Shown: positions 9,744 through 20,734 of the stretch, one piece after another
Numbering within the stretch: the first letter of the stretch is position 1
How the letters are laid out: each line of letters starts with the position of its first letter
From: Schizochytrium sp. TIO01
Lineage: Eukaryota > Protista > Bigyra: Labyrinthulomycetes
Assembly: GCA_004764695.1 (NCBI GenBank)
Contig: SMSO01000032.1
Span: 4,186,483 to 4,250,482 of the forward strand
Length of the DNA: 64,000 bases
Direction: 5' to 3'
Translations under genes and position numbers: made by a program
The notes under the pieces: generated by a model
What the model saw: the letters and a program-made list of their open reading frames with translations, nothing else
Told to the model about the DNA's origin: nothing
Databases searched by the model: none

Positions 9744-12704
9744 ATGGATTGGCCAATGGATTGTCATGTGCAAGTCAGCAAGGCGTCCCTCTAAGGCTTG
9801 CAAGTTCAATAGGTTGTGTTGATCCATTTCCCTTCTTGGTTAGGCAGTCAGCAGTTAGTAGGCAACAGGATGTGCAGGCTGACCAAGGTCATGACCAAGT
9901 TGAAACCATACTTTTATTGCTCATAGACCATCCTGGCATCAGCCTTACAGATATCATACAAGGCCGTGCTGGGACGCGCAGCCAGCGACGAGTGCTGCAA
10001 AAGTTTATTAGTGCACTGCGAGAAACCCAAGGGCCTGAGATGGCCACAATCCCAAGAGAAGAGGTCAATGTTGAAACTGCGCGGGGTCTAGTTCGAGTTC
10101 TGGCTGATCGAGGCGAGCGGAGTGATCTGTTACGAACACTACAAATCTTGCACAATGCTTTGGAAGCTGAATTCAAAGCTGCTGAGACCGCAGATGGTCA
10201 TGATGACCTGAGGAGAGCTGTTCGTGAACGGGATATTCTTGTTCATTTGCAGAGAACCGTAAAGGAAGAGGAACACGATGCCGAAGTGGTTTCTGAAGCA
10301 CTATGGATCTTTCATTTCGCCTTTCATCGTGAAGCTACCTGTGAGTATACTAAGGCTGCAATGAAGACCTATGGTCTAGGCCTTGTACTAATTAGTATTA
10401 TGCGAGCGAATCAGCAGTGCAGGCTGCAGCATGTGCTTGTGTCAAAACCCTCGCGTACAGAAACACAGAAAGCGCGATTATTCTAGCAAAAGATTTGAAT
10501 GTGGGTGCAGAGATTGTGGCCGCCATGAGCACACATCGAACAAATGCAGACGTGCAAGAAAACGCATGTGGGGCATTGTGGAATCTTGCTGTCAATGATC
10601 GCAACAAAGAGATCCTGGGACAAGATTTGAATGTGGGCGCAGAGATTGTTGCGGCCATGAGCGCACATCGAACGAATGCAGGCGTGCAACAACAAGCATG
10701 TTGGGCATTGCGGATTCTTGCTTCAAATGATCGTAACAAAGAGATCCTGGGCCAAGAGTTGAATGTGGGCGCAGAGATTGTGGCGGCTATGAGCACACAT
10801 CGAACGAATGCAGGCGTGCAAGAACAAGCATGTTGGGCATTGCGGAATCTTGCTTCAAATGATCGTAACAACGAGATTCTGGGCCAAGATTTGAATGTGG
10901 GCGCAGAGATTGTGGCGGCCATGAGCGCACATCGAACGAATGCAGGCGTGCAAGAACAATCATGTTGGGCATTGCGGAATCTTGCTTCAAATGATCGTAA
11001 CAACGAGATCCTGGGCCAAGATTTGAATGTGGGCGCAGAGATTGTGGCGGCCATGAGCGCACATCGAACGAATGCAGGCGTGCAAGAACAAGCATGTGCG
11101 GCATTGCGGATTCTTGCTTTAAATGATCGCAACTGTGAGGTCCTGGTCCAGGATTTGAATGTGGGCGCAGTGGTTGTGGCCACCATGCGCGCGCATCTAA
11201 CGAGTGCCGACGTGCAAAAACAAGCATGTAGTGCAATAAGTAAGCTGACTTCAAATGATCGCAACTGTGAAATCTTGGGACAAGATTTGCATGTTGGCCC
11301 AGATATTGTGGCCGCCATGTGTGCGCATCTAACGAATGCAGACGTGCAAAAAGAAGCATGTGGGGTATTGTGCAATCTTGCTGTCAATAACAATCGCAAC
11401 AAAGAGATCCTGGGCCAAGATTTGAATGTGGGCGCAGTGGTTGTGGCCACCATGCGCGCGCATCTAACGAGTGCCGACGTGCAAAAACAAGCATGTAGTG
11501 CAATAAGTAAGCTGACTTCAAATGATCGCAACTGTGAAATCTTGGGACAAGATTTGCATGTTGGCCCAGATATTGTGGCCGCCATGTGTGCGCATCTAAC
11601 GAATGCAGACGTGCAAAAAGAAGCATGTGGGGTATTGTGCAATCTTACTGTCAATAACAATCGCAACAAAGAGATCCTGGGCCAAGATTTGAATGTGGGC
11701 GCAGAGATTGTGGCCGCCATGCGCGCACATCGAACTAATGCAGACGTGCAAGAGCAAGCATGTGCGGCATTGTGGAGTCTTTCTCTCGATAACAATCGCA
11801 ACAAAGAGATCCTGGGCCAAGATTTGAATGTGGGCGCAGAGATTGCAGCGGCCATGTCCGCGCATCTAACGAATGCAGACGTGCAGAAAAGAGCATGTGT
11901 TGCATTGTGGAGTCTTGCTCGCAACAATCGCAACTGTGAGATCTTGGGACAAGTTTTGAATGTGGGTGCAGATATTGCGGCGGCTATGCGCACGCATCTA
12001 ACGAATGCAGATGTGCAAAATCAAGCATGTAGGGCATTAAGTAAGCTTGCTTCAATTGATCGCAACTGTGAGATCTTGGGACAAGATTTGCATGTGGGCC
12101 CAGAGATTGTGGCGGCCATGTGCGCGCATTTAACGAATGCAGATGTGCAAGAAAATGCATGTAGGGCATTATGTAAGCTTGCTTCAAATGATCGCAACTG
12201 TGAGATCTTGGGACAAGATTTGCTGATTTGCATGTGGGTGCAGAGATTGTGGCGGCCATGCGCGAGCATCTAACGAATGCAGACGTGCAAAAGGAAGCAT
12301 GTGGGGCATTGTGGGGTCTTGCTCGCAACAATCGCAACAAAAAGCTTCTGGGACAAGATTTGAATGTGGGCGCAGAGATTATGGTGGCCATGCGCGCGCA
12401 TCTAACGAATGCAAGCGTGCAAATACAAGGATCTGGGGCATTGTGGAGTCTTGCTTCAAATGATCGCAACTGTGAGATTATGTGATAAGATTTGAATGTG
12501 GGCGCGGAGATTGTGGCTGCCGTGCGTGCGCATCTAACGAGTGCATATGTGTAAGAAACTGCATGTGATACATTGCGTAATCTAGCCTTCAGTTGTGACG
12601 TTTTTCAGTTTCATATCAATGCGGGTGCACGTGGGTCTGTTTTGGACGCACATCAATGATTTTCGTCATCAAGAGCTTGTCAGCGAACTTTTGCAAAGCT
12701 ATAA
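9744..12704 (+). pseudogene. Armadillo (ARM) tandem-repeat protein with an unknown N-terminal region, disrupted
   Basis: Overlapping ORFs 9728-10486, 10417-12273 and 12228-12485 are joined by frameshifts at about 10417 and at 12217-12224 (8-nt duplication gatttgct). Stops at 9792, 9810, 12483, 12486, 12552 and 12657. Repeat consensus DLNVGAEIVAAMxxHxTNADVQxxACxALxxLAxNxRNxEILGQ is a typical ARM repeat. Confidence 0.85.
10492..12600 (+). repeat. 16 tandem 132/135-bp units (44/45-aa ARM repeats) with high internal identity
   Basis: Unit starts at 10492, 10624, 10756, 10888, 11020, 11152, 11284, 11419, 11551, 11686, 11821, 11953, 12085, 12225, 12357 and 12489. 11152-11418 is duplicated almost exactly as 11419-11685. 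Confidence 0.95.
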
Positions 12705-13328
12705 TAAGTGATAACAAATAAAAGAAACACGTTTGTATTTTTAGCTGGTTGTAGCTACCACCTTAGGGACAGCAAAAACACGAGAAATGAATTGAAACGA
12801 GAAATGCCGTAGAGAGGTATTTTCCCTCGCTTTTCTGACTAATTAGCTGCCTGTGAAATCTTGTCATCTATACCCAGTTGAACTTGCAAATTGAGATGGT
12901 CACGGTCAAGAAGGCAAGCTCCTTTGGGTAGAACACCTGTAAATGATCAAGAAACCAAAATAATCATAATTTACCTGCGAAAATTTCAAGGCTTATTAGT
13001 TTTGAGATTCTGACATAATTGCGGGTTTGTTGGAACACATATTGAAAACGCTGTATCAATCAATAATAATTGGTTTGATATAAGTTTCGAGTTTTTAAAA
13101 TTTCAAATTTTTAAAAAAAGTAATAGAGAAACGGGGTCTGTGCTGGTAGTGAATAGTTGGGAAATCCCATGATTTGAAGGCTCTTTTCGTTTTTAATTTT
13201 CAGTATTTGTTTCCGCTACGTCTATGGTCAAATTCAAAATTAAAATATGGTTTGAATAGTCCCATTCATTGCATGGTACTGTGACTATGCTTTGGATTGA
13301 GAATAGCCTTCACTCATTGAGCGAAATG

Positions 13329-13815
13329 AGAACAGAACGTTTATGTCGAGTCCTTTCGTAGCAAAAGAAAAGAACATATCACATACGCATCAGAACAACA
13401 AAGGAAACGCGTTAGACTGAAGGTGGTGAAGAACAAAACATGTAAGGAGTTAATACTTAGTAGGAGAGCTATTCTGTAATTAGAATGGAACATCTACTCG
13501 AGCGGCGTTAGTGTTCTTTCCCAGTGAACCTAGTTCGTCTGTAGTATATATGTCTCTGGTCTATGGCTAGAACAGAACAGCTATTTAAAGTACGTGTTCT
13601 GTTCATAGTGAGCATATTCGTACTTATAGTAAGTAATAGAAAAGCTGTTCTATTACCCTGGCTAATAGAAATGTTGTTCCATAAGCAGAATGTACTCTGT
13701 CAGTAAATGTAAAGCTGTTCCATGAGTAGAACAGTCGTGTTTCTTCATTTAGTAAAGCTCGAAGCTAAGGCAAGTCTAACGTTGTTGGAGAACAGCGTAG
13801 GTAGGTAGAACAACC
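13329..13815. repeat. Cluster of AGAACAG/CTGTTCT motifs forming short palindromes
   Basis: GAACAGAACA (13570-79) with TGTTCTGTTC (13595-604); GTAATAGAAAAG-CTGTTCTATTAC (13633-56); many further AGAAC/GTTC copies. Confidence 0.6.
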
Positions 13816-14666
13816 ACGTTAATAAGTTTAGTGCTTGAGTTTGCATTTTCTAGTCAAACTGTTGAAGGGAAAGGCATCGTCGATCCTTTAGAAAGAAGAA
13901 GACAAACAATCCTAAGCTCGACACTCAATCGATTGACAGACTTATTAATTAAGTAAGCTTGACTTTATGTTGTCTAATTTAATCTATGTTGTCTGATAAA
14001 TAAAATAGACATGAAATGGTCTTTGGTTGTCTGTGTGTACTGCAAAGGTTTAGCTTATTAGTTTCACAAGTAGGCATATGACATACCACCGCCGCTAAGT
14101 TTGAGTGCAATTCGATAAGAGCATGTGCGAGCTTACATAGGTACCGAGAAACAGCTTCAAACGTTGTATGATTTTAGTCGTCATGTCACCAGTTTCCCGC
14201 ACTATTTCGCAACAGCTACAATTGATAATGTAAATATGGTGAGTCAAAGACACAAGTCCGAGCCTCCACCCATATCAAGAATATGTTTTAATATACTATC
14301 GGACTTCAGCCTTATCCAAAACCTTTTCGAAAATCTCCATCCACAAATACCTGCGAATGCTCATCAGCCTTACAAAATCTCCCAATCCTCGCTATTCTAA
14401 TTTACCCAATTTATGTATACTACAAGGGTGATATATTTAGTATTATTAAAACTTATTTAACTACCCCCTATTTTGTCGCTATAATGTGGAGTTCAATAAT
14501 ATTATGGGGGTACTTAGAACTTATGTGACAAGGCCTCTTTGGCGACCACCCACCTGCTTAGAGAGAAGGTAAGCAAGACAAATGGAATGTACGTATGAAT
14601 GAATGAAATTACTCGCACAGACCCAACATTGCTGCGCTCGGGTTGAAGTTCGAAGCGACTGGCAAA

Positions 14667-16748
14667 ATGAAGGCCGTTCAGAACGGCGGCGTGAAGGTCT
14701 ATGACCTCAACGTTGGCAAGACCCTTCCGCAGTGGCTTTCTTCGAAGGAGCGCAAATCTCTGGCCAAGGATGACGAGTACCGGCGTCGCATCGAGCTCGT
14801 TCAGGACTTTTATTTTCCATCGTCAAGCTCTCGTGTTAAAGTTTCTGACGATGGCGAGTATATTGTTGCGACTGGAACCTACCCTCCTCAAGTCAAGGTT
14901 TTCGAGACCCGGGAACTGTCAATGAAGTTCGAGAGACATCTTGACGCAGAGGTTGTCCAGGTCCAGGTGCTTTCTCCAGACTACACCAAGCTGGTATTTC
15001 TCGGAGCAGACCGTACAGTTACATTCCATGCAGCTTTCGGTCGTCATCACATGCTTCGTATTCCGAAATTCGGACGTGACATGGCTTACGATCCATCCGG
15101 CTGCGAGCTCTTCCTTGCCGGCACTGGCGACCAGATCTACCGCATTGACCTCGAGCAAGGCCACTTTCTCACACCTTACGAGAGTACTCATGGCGGAATT
15201 AATTCTATGGCATTTTGTGACTCGTTGCAACTTTTGGCATGTGCTGGGGAGGATGGAGTTGTGAGCTGCTGGGATGCTCGCGATCGCAAACAGGTTGGCG
15301 AGCTTAACGTCGCGGGCGCCAGTGCTGTTGGTGGCGCTGCTGAGAAGCAAGATGCCCAAGCAACTGTCGTACGCTTTGATAGAACTGGCCTCAACATGGC
15401 TGTTGGAACTAGTCTTGGACGTGTGTCTGTATATGATGTCCGTTCTTCAAGACCTTTGATGACCAAAGAACACCGCAATGACCTACCCATTGTGGGTCTG
15501 CAGTTTACCTCGCCTGGACGCATTGTGGTTTCCGCAGATGCTCAGTCTATCAAACTCTGGAACCGTGACACAGGTGCCAGCTTTGCAAATATCGAGCCCC
15601 AGGCCAACGTCAATGACATTGCGGTCGTGCCTCAAGGTGACTCAAGCAGGCCATCTTCAGGCCTCATTATTGCCCCTGGCGAGACGGATCGTATTATGAG
15701 CTACTATGTGCCCCGTCTTGGCTCCGCACCAAAGTGGGCCTCCTTCCTTGATAACCTTACCGAGGAGCTCGAGGAGAAGAGCCGCTCTACCGAGGAGATT
15801 TATGAGAACTACAAATTTGTTACCAACAACGATCTGGAGCGTCTTGGTATCACCAATTTGATCGGCTCCGACCTTTTGCGTCCTTACATGCATGGTTATT
15901 TTATGGATATTCGCCTCTACAACAAGGTCTCGTCTATGGCTGAGCCTCTTGGATTTGAGGCATGGCGTAAGGAGCGCCTCCGCACCAAAATGGAGGAACG
16001 CCTCGGCCAACGTATCACCAGGAAGATGCCCACCAATCTCCCCAAGGTCAACCGTACACTCGCTGCCCGTCTTGCTTCTGGCGAAGGCGACGACGACATT
16101 CATCAAAGGACACTCAAGGACGAGGAGGAGTGGAGCTCCGACGACGAAGAGCAAGAGGTCCCTGCTGCACAAGCTTCAAAGAAACCAAAACGTAAATCCC
16201 CCGCGATTACCCAAGACGACCGCTTCAAGGCTCTCTTCGAAGATCCTGACTTTGAGATGGACCAAAACTCAGAAGCCTTCAAACAAATGTACCCCAGTGG
16301 CATGCGACAGCGCAAACAAGCATATGAAGACGACGATGACGATGACGATGAGGACATTGGTTCTGACGATAATGACATGGACGTGGAGGTCAGTAAACCG
16401 TCTAAGAAAACTAAACAATCCAAACCCGCAAAGAAGGCTGCTGAAAAGCCTCAGCGGAAACGAAAGGTTGTCATGCAAGCCGTTCAGGATGATGACGATG
16501 AAGGTCTCTTAGAGAGCCGTGTGTCATCGGAAAAGTCTTCAAAGAAGAAATCGTCATCCGGTGACAAGCCTCGCACGGTCAAGACTCTTGGCGACAAACT
16601 GCGTGAGGAAACTTCAAACAATGGTATGCGTCAGTTGCAGGGTGGCAACATGGAGGTCTCTTTTGTTCCTTCGCAGTCTGGCGAGGGGGAGTCTGGAGGT
16701 CGCCGTTTTAGCAACAAAAAGAAGGGCAAGGGCAAGTTCCGCAGGTAA
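14667..16748 (+). CDS. NOL10: Nucleolar protein 10 / Enp2 (WD40 plus NUC153; SSU processome)
   Basis: KTLPQWLS..RRIELVQDF, ATGTYPPQVKVFE, LRIPKFGRDM, LGSAPKWASFLDNLTEELEE, YMHGYFMD, DDRFKALFEDPDF. First ATG at 14667. Confidence 0.95.
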   Translation: MKAVQNGGVKVYDLNVGKTLPQWLSSKERKSLAKDDEYRRRIELVQDFYFPSSSSRVKVSDDGEYIVATGTYPPQVKVFETRELSMKFERHLDAEVVQVQVLSPDYTKLVFLGADRTVTFHAAFGRHHMLRIPKFGRDMAYDPSGCELFLAGTGDQIYRIDLEQGHFLTPYESTHGGINSMAFCDSLQLLACAGEDGVVSCWDARDRKQVGELNVAGASAVGGAAEKQDAQATVVRFDRTGLNMAVGTSLGRVSVYDVRSSRPLMTKEHRNDLPIVGLQFTSPGRIVVSADAQSIKLWNRDTGASFANIEPQANVNDIAVVPQGDSSRPSSGLIIAPGETDRIMSYYVPRLGSAPKWASFLDNLTEELEEKSRSTEEIYENYKFVTNNDLERLGITNLIGSDLLRPYMHGYFMDIRLYNKVSSMAEPLGFEAWRKERLRTKMEERLGQRITRKMPTNLPKVNRTLAARLASGEGDDDIHQRTLKDEEEWSSDDEEQEVPAAQASKKPKRKSPAITQDDRFKALFEDPDFEMDQNSEAFKQMYPSGMRQRKQAYEDDDDDDDEDIGSDDNDMDVEVSKPSKKTKQSKPAKKAAEKPQRKRKVVMQAVQDDDDEGLLESRVSSEKSSKKKSSSGDKPRTVKTLGDKLREETSNNGMRQLQGGNMEVSFVPSQSGEGESGGRRFSNKKKGKGKFRR

Positions 16749-17435
16749 ATTGCTCATTGAACCAACGAAATCAACAATATTAGCTGTATTAGCTGCTCAT
16801 TTGCAAGTGTCCAAATAATCCTTGGAGGGCAATGCTGGTTAGTTTTCGTCTTACGCGCGCAGCTTCTTGTTCATCACGACCTACTCATTAATCCAGGTTT
16901 CCTTCCTTTGTGTGCAATCCTTAGTTTGATTATTGCATTTCGTTCGTTCCACAAGTCGCATACGCTGTGCCAATTTGCACATAAAGTAGCTAGTCAATTG
17001 TGTTACAGCATGATTATGATGCAATTCATTGACATCTATGGGGGAACATAAGGAAAGTGGCCCCTTATTCCTCGCTAATCTAAGTTCCGAAAAGAAAATA
17101 TCAAAGCACTTGTCTATTGATCTGACCAATATTTTACGGCACCGGCCTTGCACTCCTCCTTGACTACCAAACTGATGGTTTGTTTTTAATTGTATATATC
17201 TTGTCCATTGGCTTTTCCTGTTCTAGACTTAAAGCTAGATTCCAAAGTATTCCTTTCAATTGTATTAAAACTTGAGAACTTTAGAAGACCTAGTGATAAG
17301 CTCAGATGGTATATATAAGGTGATGATATATTGAACTAGATGATTATGTTAGTTTGGAAGTACATTTACGTTCATAGAAGATTTGCGCAAGCTTATAAAC
17401 ACGAACTCGCAGCGAGATTTCATATATGTAAAATA

Positions 17436-18698
17436 TTAGACATCCCACCAAGCTGGTTCGGTGCCTAGGTCTAAAGCACGAAAACGCTCATTGGTCACAC
17501 CGAGAAAACCTTGAATGGATACAATTGGCTGGTTTTGATTCACAGTCTCCGGATCAACACCTGTCATCCACGCCGCTCGTCGAAAGAGACAATCAAATTC
17601 ATCATCTGAAAACAGATAACCGATGCGAGCCATGACGTCCCGAATATCTTCTTTATCAATGGGGTCGATGTAATCTTTATCGTCGACACCCTCGGCCACA
17701 AAACGCGAAGGATAAAGCAATTTGGATGCATTGGTATCGTCACCATAGTTCTGGCAGTCACTTACAGATCGAACCGCTGGAGGCTGAATATCCGTTCTCA
17801 CAGTAGGTGTACCGAATCGACGATCGCTACTTGTCTCGTTACGCCACCCAGGTCTCGTAGCTTTGCCCAAGCTTGGGTCTGGCAGTTGTTCTTCGAGCGT
17901 ATAATTCCCCTGAATACAGTCTTGAGCAGATATTGTTTTGGGAGGATTGAGCTGCTTCATGGTTTGACGGTGCTCAAGCCGCCGAATACTCTCTGAATCA
18001 ACGTTACCACGGTATTTTGGTTTTCCGAGTGCGTCAGACGTCATGAACCGATGGTTTGCTACTGCTACATTCGTGATCTGTGTCTCCCCAGATTCCTTAA
18101 GACAATGTGCAACGCCTTCATCCTCAGGCGCCACATCGACACTACCAAATCGATGTGTCTGTGGATTGATGGATTTCCAATCGTAGTTGCGCTGACGTTG
18201 CTCTCCTGGCTCATAGCTGTTGTGCGAAAGTTTGTACCTCCGACGCATCTCTGCAATTTCCTCAGGGGAACCATCTTTGCTTTCGGTTTGCGCAGAATAA
18301 ATGAGATGCTTTGCTCCCTCAGCTCCTGACTGAGCGAGGAGTTTGGGTTCACCAAGCCCCGAGAAATCATGACCGCGGACAAATGGTTTACCCAAAGGCT
18401 CTGTGCGTTTTGTCTTGTAGATTGACTCCTTGCGATCCTCCACATATTCTGCTAGCGAGCCCGGGTCACGAAGAGGAAATGCATCTTTAAATGTACCATC
18501 GGAATTAGAGCTGCGAGAGCCAAGGCGAGTATTAGCAAGACGAGCACGGAGCTCTTTCACATCCTCAGCGGCTCCCCAGTGTGTTACAGGTTTTCCAGGT
18601 TCTACGTTGCTGCCACGGAACTTACGTAGCTTCTCAGGCGTCTGCGGCCGATCGTCGTGACGCAGGCAAGATGCTGCACCCTCGCCCCTGCGACTCAT
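17436..18698 (-). CDS. EFHB: EFHB/CFAP21-like ciliary protein
   Basis: ESIYKTKRTEPLGK, SHNSYEPGEQRQRNYDW, LPDPSLGK, FGTPTVRTDIQPPAVRSVSDCQNYGDD, LLYPSRF. Start taken at the first ATG (MSRRGE). Confidence 0.8.
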   Translation of the reverse strand: MSRRGEGAASCLRHDDRPQTPEKLRKFRGSNVEPGKPVTHWGAAEDVKELRARLANTRLGSRSSNSDGTFKDAFPLRDPGSLAEYVEDRKESIYKTKRTEPLGKPFVRGHDFSGLGEPKLLAQSGAEGAKHLIYSAQTESKDGSPEEIAEMRRRYKLSHNSYEPGEQRQRNYDWKSINPQTHRFGSVDVAPEDEGVAHCLKESGETQITNVAVANHRFMTSDALGKPKYRGNVDSESIRRLEHRQTMKQLNPPKTISAQDCIQGNYTLEEQLPDPSLGKATRPGWRNETSSDRRFGTPTVRTDIQPPAVRSVSDCQNYGDDTNASKLLYPSRFVAEGVDDKDYIDPIDKEDIRDVMARIGYLFSDDEFDCLFRRAAWMTGVDPETVNQNQPIVSIQGFLGVTNERFRALDLGTEPAWWDV

Positions 18699-20550
18699 TG
18701 TTCTTGTGTAGTCAGGGAAAGATTTTAGGCTATCACGGGTAAAAGCAGCAAATGATTTACGTGCTTCAGACCTCCTTTGTGGTGCGCTCTGAAGCTGGCT
18801 GGCTGCGAACAGTTGTCCCTGCGCAGCGCGGCGCACAAGCAAGCAACCAAAATGTTCTACGTTGGGACTCAATGCTTTCCACTAACCTTCTCACCTCTCG
18901 TTGTATGAACGTACTCGCACACTCGGTCTAAGCTCGATTTCTATGCGAATCAGCTATTTCTACCTGTCCTTTCTTGATACTCAAATGCGAACTTGAAGCA
19001 GGCGTTCTCAAGCGCTCATCTAAGGAGATATCTGTAATCCAATAACATGATGTATCCGTTGATTTTTATTGCTAATACTACGATAAAATATTTTTCTTGG
19101 CCAGAGGTCAATTTTAATGATGCCGCTTCTACATCCTAGCAATTGATTTTCGTAGGTTGCGCCCTGTGAATCTCTTCGATAAAGTATTTATAAAACACTT
19201 AAAGGAGACAGATATTTGACATTTGCTTGTGTACAGCACTCTTGACTGTGCCTAGCTATTTGTTTAATTTTTTTCTATTGTATGCCACTCATTCTTTCAA
19301 AGTTTTTAATTGTCATGATCGAAACTCACAACTAATTTTCGAAGAGTTTTAGATTTTAGCAACACACAGACAGTGAGATCGTCTTGGAGAGAAAATGCTG
19401 CATGGTCACGAGAAGCGTTCATCCGCCATACTGCTTCAAACCGCATAGATTTGAAGTGACTCTGATTTTTTAATATTATATTCTCTTGCTACCAAGGCAG
19501 GTAGGTAGTAATAGGTAGGTAGTACTTATCCCATTGAAAATATAGACGTACTAAATACACTCACTAAACGCAGTATAAATCCTGGAGAGCATTTGGTGCA
19601 GCTCCAGGAACTCACCTGAGTGGCAGCACTTAGGTTTCTATCCAAGGCTAAATAGATAATAAATAGGCTTTAACAATTATCGACGACGTACCAATCTAAT
19701 TCAATATCTACTGCTGCCGCCGAAAGGGACCGTGCCGACCTTCCCGCACCGGACCCAATTCTCCGCATCTCAGCAGGCAGCTCCGCCCTCGCATGAGTTC
19801 CAGTGAGCGAGTGGATAGGTATGTAGGTGCTTAATTGACAAGCCTGATAATGTCAGCCGCTTCGATGAAGTACGGATTGACTCGTGGATTTGATAATAGC
19901 ACGCAAGTGAAGCCGAACTCGGACCACATCCGAAACCATTCGAAAGCCAATATGGAGGGCCATTCGGAGCAGAGAAGTCACGTGTCGAGACCTTGTAATT
20001 ATGATAACCACAAGCTCGTGCAGCCAAGCCAATTAGTGGCCAGCCACCGTTCATGCGAACGCCGCTGATGGGCTCGCTCGCTCGCTGCTCCTCTCCGTGG
20101 TCGTGTCCAAGTCATGCAGGTCCAAGCTCGAGGAGGCTAAAAGGTAAACGAACTCCTCCGCTGCAACTTCTTACGAACTTGTGCACTCACGCGCCAACCT
20201 TTTAAGGCCATCACGGATCGCGACGGTCTGCCTTCACGAAAGACCCGGCAGGCCCTTACCGCAACCGAGGGCGGCTAGGGATCATCAGGAGCGAGATCAG
20301 CAGCGGGGCTTCTCGCGAGCAGTCTTGAGCTCATCGCACTTGCAGGAGCGCCCGCTTTTAGCACGATTGCCATCGCATTTCTGACGCAGAGCTCTGTGTT
20401 TCATTCATTGCACTTCATGATTTACCAAAGGCGGCACATGCCATTTTGTTATTTCCACAGATATGACTGGAGACGCCACTCGTAGCTCACCTTACCATTT
20501 ACCATAAGAGGGCCCTCAATCGTGATCACGATTTTTTAGTGTGAAAAAAA

Positions 20551-20734
20551 AACAAAACAAACAAACAAACAAACAAACAAACAAACAAACAAACAAACAA
20601 ACAAACAAACAAACAAACAAACAAACAAACAAACAAACAAACAAACAAACAAACAAACAAACAAACAAACAAACAAACAAACAAACAAACAAACAAACAA
20701 ACAAACAAACAAACAAAACAAAACAAAACAAACA
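20551..20734. repeat. (ACAA)n microsatellite, about 40 units
   Basis: Direct reading. Explains the spurious LFVC/TNKQ ORFs. Confidence 0.97.

Noticed and set aside
10398-11993. 531-aa antisense ORF over the ARM repeats
   Set aside because: It is the mirror frame of a tandem repeat lacking antisense stops. The sense frame has the recognisable ARM fold.
773-12554. Several stops arising from CAA/CAG/TGG, suggesting RIP-like CpA-to-TpA mutation
   Set aside because: These are the commonest routes to stop codons anyway, and the near-identical central repeats are not riddled with transitions as RIP would predict.
10492-12600. Regular array as a possible CRISPR or ncRNA array
   Set aside because: Unit lengths are multiples of 3, the units encode ARM repeats, and there are no unique spacers.
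19574-19620. TATAAAT followed by a TCCTGGAG..CTCCAGGA hairpin as a small RNA gene
   Set aside because: No tRNA, snRNA or snoRNA motifs are recognisable, and a single short stem is insufficient evidence.
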